Both the position numbers and the translations under genes were made by a program. A stretch of 61,727 nt of DNA, filler included, from Candidatus Fermentibacterota bacterium (GTDB lineage Bacteria > JAFGKV01), in the NCBI GenBank assembly GCA_016928395.1. It is 6 parts of 6 records of this genome, joined end to end, with 100 filler letters (N's around TTAATTAATTAA, not from the genome) between each part and the next. Parts side by side here need not be neighbours in the genome. Positions count along the whole stretch, not along the records: positions 43,554 to 61,727 come from JAFGKV010000206.1; 5 more parts are not named here. The stretch is one strand, 5' to 3'. Of this stretch, positions 53,340 to 61,727 are shown one piece after another (position 1 is the first letter of the stretch; each line of letters opens with the position of its first letter). The notes under the pieces are model-generated. The model searched no databases. It saw nothing but the letters and a program-made list of their open reading frames with translations, and was not told where the DNA came from.

Positions 53340-53501
53340 CGGGGAACCCCTGTATTCTGGTGAATGGGCTTGGATCGAGGGAAACGTTTCATGTTATCGT
53401 CTTCTTCGCATCGCGTCAACCCGCCAATCCGTGGCCGGTCATTGAGTGAGGAGAAGTAACGATCGACACCACCGCCAATCGCTCAACAGTCGGATGCTCC
53501 T

Positions 53502-54872
53502 TTATCCTTCTGGAGTTCCCCGAAGGCTGGCCACTACCAGCTCCACCGTATGGGGGCCGGCGCGGCGTTTGAACAGCAAGACCTCCCCCCCCGCCGAGAT
53601 CAGGACCACGGCAGGAGCACGGCCCCGGTCCAGTTCCAACGCCGCCCAGAGAGCGCCTCGGGAGTCGTTCCATAGGGTTGCCCGGGTCGTGTCGGCTGAA
53701 GTCACTATCATGGTCACCACGCCCAGGGCCTCCAGCTCCGCCTCACTGCTCACGAGCGCCGGCCTGAGGCGTTCCGACAGCTCGCTTCCTGGTTCCACCG
53801 CGACGATGAGGACCGGGCGGCCACCGCGGATAAAGCTGTCCAGCGTGACCTCCGCACCGAGGCTGTCGCGGAGCACGATGCTCTCCAGGACCGGCGCAGG
53901 GCTCTCCACCAGGTCACGCCGGTCCATCTCTGCGAAGGGGATCGTAAGATTCTCGGTGAGGGTCAGGAGAGTGTCGACACTCAGAGTGACCTCGCGGCAC
54001 CAGATCCGGGGCTCCCCCCGGGCATTGCGGACGCCGGCGGTAACGAGATACTCACCCGGCGGCGCGCTGATGAGAATCGACGTGTCGGTGGGCTCGGCGA
54101 AGACCCGATGGACAGGCGCTTCCACCGGCCTCCACGCGCCCTCCCTCCAGCGGGAGAGGCCGAGCTGTTCGGTGTTCCTCAAAGGTTGCCCGTCCTCCGT
54201 GAGTCGAAGCTCCAGACGTGCCAGGGTCTGGGCTGTCTCGGCCTTGGGAGAATCAAGCCCTGGATGGTGGACCCGGCGCCAGCCCGCGCCGTCCCACGCC
54301 TCGACTCCCTTCGCCGCATGGCACAGCCGCGCGGCGATCCCCACCGTGCGGAGGCTTGCCACCGCCAGGGATGCCCACTCTTCGGCGCTGCCCCATCCGC
54401 GGCGGAAGGTACCCTCCGGTGGTGAGGGCGGCCCGAGGGCATCGGCTCGCGTCTTTTCGATGATTCGATCTCGAAGCAGCGAAAGCACCAGGGGCACATC
54501 GTGCTCGAAGTCGCCCCTGCATGCATCGCGAAAGGTGGCCCACAGGTCGGTGCGCCAGTCGGTCACCATGTCGTAGTGGCCGGCGCGGGGGTGAAGGATG
54601 AAGGCGCGCAGCGTGTCCTCGGAGACAGCATAGTCCGGCCGATATGCCATGGCCCGGCTGCATCCCTGAACATGGGCCAGGATGGTGGCCTCGTCGATCT
54701 CCATGAGATCCAGGTCCCGCAGTTCACCCAGGAGCCACACTCCGCGCTCCTGCTCGATGCCGCCGAGCTTCTCCAAAGCCGATTCCCACACGGGACGGTT
54801 GAATCCCGCCCGGGCCAGGAGGCTGTCGGGTGCAACCGCGGTCCCAACCAACGCCAGGATGAGGGGGATCAC
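53502..54872 (-). CDS. Secreted inactive transglutaminase-like protein with a C-terminal thioredoxin-like region
   Basis: GTG at 54872 overlaps the upstream stop; signal peptide; FILHPR and AVASLRTVGIAARL; GWGSAEE where the active paralog has GIGRCEE. Confidence 0.75.
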   Translation of the reverse strand: MIPLILALVGTAVAPDSLLARAGFNRPVWESALEKLGGIEQERGVWLLGELRDLDLMEIDEATILAHVQGCSRAMAYRPDYAVSEDTLRAFILHPRAGHYDMVTDWRTDLWATFRDACRGDFEHDVPLVLSLLRDRIIEKTRADALGPPSPPEGTFRRGWGSAEEWASLAVASLRTVGIAARLCHAAKGVEAWDGAGWRRVHHPGLDSPKAETAQTLARLELRLTEDGQPLRNTEQLGLSRWREGAWRPVEAPVHRVFAEPTDTSILISAPPGEYLVTAGVRNARGEPRIWCREVTLSVDTLLTLTENLTIPFAEMDRRDLVESPAPVLESIVLRDSLGAEVTLDSFIRGGRPVLIVAVEPGSELSERLRPALVSSEAELEALGVVTMIVTSADTTRATLWNDSRGALWAALELDRGRAPAVVLISAGGEVLLFKRRAGPHTVELVVASLRGTPEG

Positions 54873-56008
54873 GGCCGGCCTCGCAACCACAGAAACCCCG
54901 AGGGGGCAGAAGGTTTCGCCGGTGTTCCCTCCACGACGGCGACGCTCTCGATCCCTGCACGGACAAGGCGCCAGAATCCCGTACTGTCGTCTCCAACGGT
55001 CACAAGATAGGTGCCGGGACCCACCACGAAGCGGGTCGGCCCGTGCCCCTTCGTCGTGAGCTCCGCCACCGGCCGGAAGGCGCCGAAGTTGAACACCGAC
55101 ACCGCAGCGGTCCATGAATCGTTGTCGGGAGGATGCACAGCCACCGTACATGGCGCGGCATACACGGCAGTGGAGTTGATCAGGGAGTAGCGATCCGTGG
55201 CCTTGTAGACATCGTCACCGCTCCATCTGCCATAGCAGAGGGAGTAGACCGCCGCCGCATCCTTGGCGGGCTCACTGAACCAGGCTTGATCCAGCCTCGG
55301 TGCAAACTCGCCCGCACCCAGATAGTGCCAGGCCCCGTCGACCCACACCTCGGCCCAGGCATGGTTGTTGTCGGTCATGCGCCACCACGGGGTCCAGCAC
55401 TGGCGGGCAGGGAGGCACACGGCCCGGGCCGCGGCGATGAACGCGATGGTCATCTCCTCGCAGCGCCCGATGCCCCGCCGCACCGTGGTCACCGGCCCCT
55501 GGTCCCGGGCTTCGGTGACCACGAATCCGATTCGGTCGTCCAGCCAACGGTTGACGGCCAGAGCGGCCTCGGTCATGGTCGAGCAGTTCTTCACGACCGG
55601 GAAGAGCTCATCGAAGAAGAAGGGACGCCAGGCCTGAATGCGTTCCTGGCTCACCCTGTGGGGCAGGACATAGTGCAGGAACAGCTCACCCGGAACCTCA
55701 CGCCCCCAGTGCAGTGAATCCCGCGCCAAGGCCGCCCAGCGAAGGTCTTCTCTCAGCGTCGCCGCATCGATGACCCCAAGGTCGCGGTAGGGCAGGTTGG
55801 CTACTAGGAAGCTCGCCTCTTCCATGAGAGAATCCTCGACCGCAGCCAGGAACTCCTCCAGCTCGCCTCCGTTCCTCCCCGCCAGGCGCCAGCTCTCGGC
55901 GACGCCTTCACTGTACGCGTCAGGCACTCTGAGAAGATCGATCATCTGCTCGCCGACATGCGGCGCGGTCAAGACAAGCAAAGGAAAGAGGGCTGCGAAG
56001 AGCGGCAC
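54869..56008 (-). CDS. Secreted transglutaminase-like domain protein
   Basis: FLHYVLPHRV, GIGRCEE (Cys), RAVCLPAR and NHAWAEVWVDGAWH (His). Confidence 0.9.
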   Translation of the reverse strand: MPLFAALFPLLVLTAPHVGEQMIDLLRVPDAYSEGVAESWRLAGRNGGELEEFLAAVEDSLMEEASFLVANLPYRDLGVIDAATLREDLRWAALARDSLHWGREVPGELFLHYVLPHRVSQERIQAWRPFFFDELFPVVKNCSTMTEAALAVNRWLDDRIGFVVTEARDQGPVTTVRRGIGRCEEMTIAFIAAARAVCLPARQCWTPWWRMTDNNHAWAEVWVDGAWHYLGAGEFAPRLDQAWFSEPAKDAAAVYSLCYGRWSGDDVYKATDRYSLINSTAVYAAPCTVAVHPPDNDSWTAAVSVFNFGAFRPVAELTTKGHGPTRFVVGPGTYLVTVGDDSTGFWRLVRAGIESVAVVEGTPAKPSAPSGFLWLRGRP

Positions 56009-56598
56009 GTTTCACCACCAAGCTCGAACGAGGTTCTCCACCATGCGGCACACGACACCCCAAGATACCGTGCCAGCCGCTCTGTGCCAGATTCTGCTCA
56101 TCGACCCGTCTGTGCCTCCAGCATACGGGCGTGTCCTGCGTTCATCCACATCCCGCTCGCCTCAAGGCAGCGCGGGGTTTGAGTACCGCAGGTGTCTCGT
56201 GTGCCTCACGCCCTGTCTCATGCCATCGTCGGGGAGAAGGCAATCGATACCGGAGTCGCCCACCCATGAGTACGAACCCGGCATTCGGGCCGTGGGACCC
56301 CCGAGGGTGACCCAGAAGCGGAGACGTGGACCGCCTCACGCCGGGCCGCGCAACCCATGCCCATGCAGCGGAAGCCTCTCGGCCCTTGAGGTGTTGGCCA
56401 ATCAGGTAGGGAACACGGAGAAGAGCAGGACCGGCCCACCACTCCTCGGTTCGGGGGTACGCCATCCCTCCGGCTGCGAGGGCGTGAGTCGTCGAGGCAA
56501 CTCCGGCACGACCTATGCTTTCATAGTGCATCGATACACAGGCGCCCCTGACAGGGCAGCCACGATAGGAATGATACTCTGTCCTTAGGGAGATTACA

Positions 56599-56943
56599 AT
56601 GACTCGCATTCTTGCAGTAACGCTCGCAGCCCTTCTCTTCTCTGCCCTTACCGCAGAAGCGCTTGAGACGAATCCCGCAACCAATGGAGCCTTTGCGATC
56701 AAAGGCATCGTCAGAGCGGGGGAGGTCAAGCCGATTGAGGGAGCCACCGTGGAGTTCATGCTCACCACCATGAACGGCAAGTCCTTCTATGTCACCACGA
56801 TGACGGATAGTCAGGGCAGGTACAAGATTGACAAGCTCCCGGTGAGCTACGGGCGTGGACGAGCCACGGCTGTCGGTATCGGCGTAACGACGGTCGAAGT
56901 GGTCATCGAACGGAACATGACCGAGATCCACTTCAACTTGTAG
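56599..56943 (+). CDS. Small secreted carboxypeptidase-regulatory-like (prealbumin fold) protein
   Basis: Signal peptide; IKGIV...PIEGATV...TDSQGRY. Confidence 0.75.
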   Translation: MTRILAVTLAALLFSALTAEALETNPATNGAFAIKGIVRAGEVKPIEGATVEFMLTTMNGKSFYVTTMTDSQGRYKIDKLPVSYGRGRATAVGIGVTTVEVVIERNMTEIHFNL

Positions 56944-56960
56944 TTGACTCGTCGTAGTCT

Positions 56961-56996
56961 CATACGGGGCGCCCGCTCCATCGGGCGCCCCGTATG
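56961..56996. terminator. Hairpin between convergent genes
   Basis: Perfect 15-bp stem CATACGGGGCGCCCG / CGGGCGCCCCGTATG with a 6-nt loop. Confidence 0.75.
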
Positions 56997-57150
56997 CATG
57001 TGAGCACGCTGCGAGCACTCCGTATTCCAGCGGAACGGTGGTGGACAGAGTGCAGTGGTGAGACCACGGGTCGAGAATCGATTGAGCCCCGTCGTTCAGC
57101 GCTCCTGACGTCCCGTTGCCGAGTGCCGAATGCCGACTCCCACTCACCTC

Positions 57151-57672
57151 TTATCGGACGACCACGAGCCGCCTGGTAACACTCTGATCGCCTGCTCTCA
57201 GTCGATACAGATACACCCCTGACGCCAACGACGACACCGTGAGTGTCAGGTCATGGTATCCGGCGGGCTGGCTGCCTGGCGGTACGTGGCCGATCTCCCT
57301 GCCGTGCACATCATACACCTGCAGACTGACGGTGCTGTTCTGCGGCAGGGCGTAGCGAATAGTGGCCACAGCTCGACAGGGATTTGGATAGCTCTGATCG
57401 ACGACGAATCTGACAGGGAGAGGGCACTGCGGCACCTCAGTAACGATGGGAACCCCATACCAGAAACCACAGAGGCCGTGGTTCGACGGCCCCATGACTC
57501 GCCCGGCCAGAGACTGCCCGAATACTCCCCGAAGACGATGGCCAGCCCCTTCCGTAGTCCCGCCACCGTTGCCGAACACGCCGCGGACCTGCGCCGGCTG
57601 CGTATGCCCCGCGCTCCACACCAGGGCTCCGAAGAGCACCAGGCCACCCATCGCACGGCGTCGTACTGACAT
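57151..57672 (-). CDS. Small protein with a T9SS type A-like C-terminal sorting domain
   Basis: Signal peptide; FGNGGG...GVFGQ...GFW; then QSYPNP...IRYALP...VYDVHGRE...LASGVYLYRL. Confidence 0.85.
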   Translation of the reverse strand: MSVRRRAMGGLVLFGALVWSAGHTQPAQVRGVFGNGGGTTEGAGHRLRGVFGQSLAGRVMGPSNHGLCGFWYGVPIVTEVPQCPLPVRFVVDQSYPNPCRAVATIRYALPQNSTVSLQVYDVHGREIGHVPPGSQPAGYHDLTLTVSSLASGVYLYRLRAGDQSVTRRLVVVR

Positions 57673-57688
57673 GGCACCAACACTCCGG

Positions 57689-59785
57689 CTATCGTGTGCT
57701 GGTCGTGGCCGGCACACGTTTCGCCTCCTGCGTGGCCGCAGGACGGTAGCTGCGTTTGGGGAACTCGATGCCCTCACGCTTCTGATCCGCCTCCCGCAAG
57801 GCTCGCATCGACAGCGGCGGGGGATACGCCCTACGCTCTTGAGTCGCGCCTAAGGCCGGTGATGCGTCCGGATAGAGGTAGGGATCACGCCATGCCGCTT
57901 CACAGACGTCCAAACGTCGATCTTCGAAACCTCTGCGCTTGGCAACCGCGCGGTAATCGAAGGGGACCGAGGCGGCGCCTCCCTGGAGCTCGATGACGTC
58001 GAATCCCTTGTCCCCCTTGACCACGTAGACACCACGGCAATCGCCCCCCAGCTCGATGAATACACGAAGCGGGTTCTCCGGGCCGATGGACACCGTCTCA
58101 AGGAAGAGTGGATCGAGGTCGACGTGCGCCCTCCCGCGCTCCAGCCGGGCCGACCCGAAATCCTCGAACCATGGCTCCGGGCTCTCCTGGCAATAGAGAA
58201 GCCGGGGGCCCTGCGACGTCTTGACAACACAATTCTTGGCGCCGCTGCCTGAGAGTCCGCCCACGTAGTAGACGCCATAGCCGGAAGGCGACTGGGTAAT
58301 CCCTACGACGCCGACGGCATCACCCGTACTGGCCCAGGCATGCCCGACCACCCCCGCCCCGGAAGGTGTGTCAGTCTCACCGTTGACCCCTGTTCCCGCG
58401 CCGGTAGTGGCCTGGCACCATCCATAGACCCCCCAGCCGGCAGGCGAATGTGATATGCCCCACACACCATCACAGATTCCTGCTGTTCCTGTTGACTCTC
58501 CCAACACTCCCATCCCAATGGGGCTGAGATTCTCCCCCCGAACCCCGATGCTTTGCGCTTCACCAAGGGCACTCCCATACACTCCGTTGGCCGAATCCGC
58601 TTCCGCGAACGCCAGAAGGCCCGTGCCGAGATCATCACCTAATGCCTGACACCTCGCGCCAATATTGCTCGTGCCCTCGGCAGCGACTGCGTCGACGCCC
58701 AGATTTGTCCCGGATCCGCCAATGGCCACCCCTACGAGACCGTAGTAGGTGTGGGCTCCTGTTGCTTCCACGAGGCCCCGAGCACCGATGTAGCCCCCAC
58801 AGAAGTCGCCACCGAAGCCGTAGTAGTCGGCCGGTGTACTCCGGCCGTAGACGCCCACCCCGTCTTCTTCATCAGAGGAGGCGTACACCCCGAATACACC
58901 GGCTCCCTCGGAGGAAGCGCAGATCCCTCCGACCCCGTAGCTCTCGCCAGCGGTGGCTTCTGAGTTGCCCAGCACTCCGGTGCCCCAGGTTGACCAGCAA
59001 CCCCCGTACACCCCCACCGTCTCACCCGTCGTCGCTCCAGATTCGCCCCCCACGCCTATGCCCGCCGTGTGCGAGGTGGTGCCGCGAACTCCAAGCCCTG
59101 AAACCCCCAGCGCACCCTCCGAGCCGTCAGAGTGGATTCCCTGGATAACCCCATCGACGGTGCCGGTCAACACCAGGGGATTCGCCACCGAGAGGGTGAC
59201 GTCTCCAGTATCACCGCCCCCGGCGAGCCCAGTTCCGGCATGCACTGCCGTGATGTCGCCCCCACCGCCGCCGCCCGAGGATGAGATCCGAATGGCTTGA
59301 CCCACCACATCGATGCTGATGTTGGAGCCTGCCTCCAGATCAATGCTGTCGCTCAAGCCCTCCACGGTGCGTACCATCTGCGCGGATCCGTTCAAGGCTC
59401 GGGCATTCATGGCGTATGGCGCGCTGGTAAAGGGCAACCGCGGCATCAGTTCGGGATCCGCCCCGACAGCGATGCCAATCCAATACTGCCGGTTGAAATC
59501 CAGCGTGAACGGGGTGACGGTCCCCAGCACAACGTCCAGTATGCCGCCGCTCACCACCACTCCCGGGTGCGTCTCGGACCACAACCCGCTGCCGCCTGTG
59601 GATATGTCGTATGCCGTGAAGGTGAGCTCGTAGATCCCGTCCGGTACGGGAGTTCCTCCAGCATCCGTCAACATCGCCTGGAATCCGACGGTCGAAGGAA
59701 TCTGCGCACTGCCGACCGAAAGGGTCGCACACACGCCGAGGATGAAGATAGATCTGAGGCGCGGCTGAGTGGGGCATCGAGACAT
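57689..59785 (-). CDS. Secreted fibre-like protein with Gly-rich beta repeats and a phage-tail-fibre-like C-terminal domain
   Basis: Signal peptide; FQAMLTD..G.P...SAPYAM N-domain; GDITAV.AG.GL.GGG; many GVxG repeats; C-terminal YCQESPEPWFEDFG...AKRRGFE. Confidence 0.8.
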   Translation of the reverse strand: MSRCPTQPRLRSIFILGVCATLSVGSAQIPSTVGFQAMLTDAGGTPVPDGIYELTFTAYDISTGGSGLWSETHPGVVVSGGILDVVLGTVTPFTLDFNRQYWIGIAVGADPELMPRLPFTSAPYAMNARALNGSAQMVRTVEGLSDSIDLEAGSNISIDVVGQAIRISSSGGGGGGDITAVHAGTGLAGGGDTGDVTLSVANPLVLTGTVDGVIQGIHSDGSEGALGVSGLGVRGTTSHTAGIGVGGESGATTGETVGVYGGCWSTWGTGVLGNSEATAGESYGVGGICASSEGAGVFGVYASSDEEDGVGVYGRSTPADYYGFGGDFCGGYIGARGLVEATGAHTYYGLVGVAIGGSGTNLGVDAVAAEGTSNIGARCQALGDDLGTGLLAFAEADSANGVYGSALGEAQSIGVRGENLSPIGMGVLGESTGTAGICDGVWGISHSPAGWGVYGWCQATTGAGTGVNGETDTPSGAGVVGHAWASTGDAVGVVGITQSPSGYGVYYVGGLSGSGAKNCVVKTSQGPRLLYCQESPEPWFEDFGSARLERGRAHVDLDPLFLETVSIGPENPLRVFIELGGDCRGVYVVKGDKGFDVIELQGGAASVPFDYRAVAKRRGFEDRRLDVCEAAWRDPYLYPDASPALGATQERRAYPPPLSMRALREADQKREGIEFPKRSYRPAATQEAKRVPATTSTR

Positions 59786-59997
59786 GGTGCAGCTCCTGGT
59801 GGGTGGTTCGAATTCGTTTAGTCGACCCAAGCCGTGGCGCGGCGCCCCGGGGGCATCTGACCCATGCTGCCGAATGTGTACGCTCCTTTCCGTGTGTCGC
59901 GCCTGCCAGATCCTCCGGTGGCATCATCGAAGTAAAGATAGCGTGCGATTGCCGAGGCTCAAGACCCACGAGGCCAGCGGTGCCTCAGAGAAGGGGA

Positions 59998-61362
59998 CTA
60001 CTCCTTCTTCTTGTCATTCTCCTCGTCGTCGAGGTAGTCGATGCGGAGGAGCTTCTCGAAGTATTCCTTGATCTTCTTCTTCTGGTCGTCGGGGATCTCG
60101 CGCTCAAAGGGGAAAACCCGAGCTTCAGTTGCGTACCGGATCAGAAACTCCTCGACAAACCGGCCATTCTCCTCCAATGCCGCCGGCGACAGGTGATCGA
60201 TGACGTCCCCTGGCGTGTGCAGGAAACTCGTGGTTCCGCCCGACCGTGCGAAGCCGACCGAGGGTACGCCGGCTTCGCTAAAGGGCATGTTGTCCGATGA
60301 GTAGGTTGTTTCCTCCACCTTGAAGGAAGGACCATGCTCCTTGGACATGAGGCGCACCGCCGCAGCTAAATCTTTGGGACCCAAGACCATCGCCTCGTTC
60401 ATGCCCAGCATGGCACCCTGCACATCGATGTTCACGCACAACACATGTGTGTCTAGCTCTGTCTTGTCGCGCCCCTTGACGAACCCATCGGCTTTCTTCG
60501 CGTCCTTATGAGCCTTCTTGAGACCCTTGACGTGGTGGACACTCCCCCGCAGCCCCAGCTCCTCGCTGCCCCACGCGAAGAACCGCAGGCTCCGCTTGCT
60601 CCCCCGCTCGGCAAATACCCGGGCAAGCTCCATAGCCACGACTGTGCCTCCCGCATTGTCCGAAGCCCCCTGAATCCCGATGGAGCTGTCGAAGTGGCCT
60701 CCGATGACCACTAACTGGTCGGGAAACACCGTCCCCTGAAGGTCGGCAATGACGTTGCAGGACGTCGCCTGATTCTCAACAGTCTGCACCACCATCCTGA
60801 TGCGCTCAACGCCCCCCTTTACCAATTGCAGCCCATCCTCGTGCGAGATCCTCACCGCGGGTACCGCCCCGAACTTGGCACGCACTTCGGGAAGTGTCTC
60901 GGTGCGGATTGGTCCCGTAGCGACCGTGTCCTCAATGATGACCAGCCCCGCAGGCTTCCAACGCATCAAGTCGGCATAGGTGTCGCTGCGAACACCTCGC
61001 AGAACCAGAACAATGCGGCCCTCAACCTCGGGCCCGAGATGTGACAGGTTGCCCGGGCCGACGTAGACGGCGTCTGCCACTATGCCTTCGGGGGGCGTAT
61101 CCTGGTTGAGGTAGTAGACCTCGCACGGAATGTCGCCCAGAGCGGGGCTGACCACTTCGAGCCGCTTCTCCTGAAGATCATAGTTGGTGACGGGAAACTC
61201 CTCCAACCGGACCTTGAGCCCCAGGCTCTCGTAGTATCTCCTGATGTACTCGGCCGCTCTGCGTTCATTGTGTGACCCGCCCAAACGAGGGCCGATATCG
61301 ACCACCAGATGTTTTAGATGGGCATATGCGCGGGAACCATCGAATCGAAGATCAGAGTGCAT
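59998..61362 (-). CDS. M28 family metallopeptidase with a PA domain
   Basis: IGPRLGGS, GGHFDS, GASDNAGG, SEELGLRGS, SSDNMPF and HTPGD motifs; no signal peptide. Confidence 0.9.
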   Translation of the reverse strand: MHSDLRFDGSRAYAHLKHLVVDIGPRLGGSHNERRAAEYIRRYYESLGLKVRLEEFPVTNYDLQEKRLEVVSPALGDIPCEVYYLNQDTPPEGIVADAVYVGPGNLSHLGPEVEGRIVLVLRGVRSDTYADLMRWKPAGLVIIEDTVATGPIRTETLPEVRAKFGAVPAVRISHEDGLQLVKGGVERIRMVVQTVENQATSCNVIADLQGTVFPDQLVVIGGHFDSSIGIQGASDNAGGTVVAMELARVFAERGSKRSLRFFAWGSEELGLRGSVHHVKGLKKAHKDAKKADGFVKGRDKTELDTHVLCVNIDVQGAMLGMNEAMVLGPKDLAAAVRLMSKEHGPSFKVEETTYSSDNMPFSEAGVPSVGFARSGGTTSFLHTPGDVIDHLSPAALEENGRFVEEFLIRYATEARVFPFEREIPDDQKKKIKEYFEKLLRIDYLDDEENDKKKE

Positions 61363-61727
61363 TGCTGTGCCTCCACCGGGTATGTCGCTGGTTGTGATGG
61401 GCGATTTCGACTAGGTCAGGGCTGACATGCTGTGAGATGCAGATGCGTGCGTCAACTGAGTCGATGGAGGGCGCGAGTGGCACGTGGTACAGGAGCTTGA
61501 TGGGCGACAGTCTTCTCCGATCGAGGGTTCCTGATTCGATTCTGATTCTCGGGGACACCATTGGGCCACAACGCCTCTGAGGGTCGGCGGAATGGCTCGC
61601 ATCCGGACCGAAGGCAGCCGCGATGGGACTATTCTAATAGTAGCCCAAGTTGAGCGATTGTGAGCTAGGGTTCTCCCACCTGTTGGTTTATCTTGTTGTG
61701 GTACAAGGACAAACAAGAGGGGCACGC

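Noticed and set aside
36711..54576. Long antisense ORFs such as 36711-37958, 47596-48807, 52048-53100 and 53446-54576
   Set aside because: They are shadow ORFs opposite well-supported genes, expected in GC-rich DNA, with no family motifs.
57689..59785. Prophage
   Set aside because: The fibre-like gene has a signal peptide, and no capsid, terminase, portal or integrase genes are nearby.

Overview
The window is not contiguous DNA. It joins six contigs (1-9970, 10071-17123, 17224-32638, 32739-36519, 36620-43453, 43554-61727) with five artificial 100-nt N/TTAATTAATTAA linkers, so neighbourhoods are only meaningful within a contig. The DNA is GC-rich and bacterial. A PorV/PorQ-family barrel, several PVELxSF + FlgD-Ig/T9SS-like C-terminal domains, a TonB receptor + DUF4249 pair and 6-bladed beta-propeller lipoproteins suggest an FCB-superphylum candidate phylum (inference). 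Contig 1 is an accessory island: two type II toxin-antitoxin pairs, decayed RAYT-like HUH transposase remnants ending near an ANGTCCC motif, three GxxGxGPGEF propeller proteins and a secreted 8-Cys peptide followed by a possible RNA pseudoknot. The other contigs carry a GH18 hydrolase, tandem spermidine-synthase-like membrane proteins, a 14-repeat FG-GAP protein, an ABC permease-M1 peptidase fusion, two alpha-2-macroglobulins, an ECF sigma factor between composite REP repeats, pcrA, proS, an sxtJ-like/carbamoyltransferase/DUF5989 triad, a split transglutaminase pair, a fibre-like protein with a small CTD partner and an M28 peptidase. I saw no rRNA, tRNA or CRISPR array. All family calls come from motif recognition by eye, not database searches.
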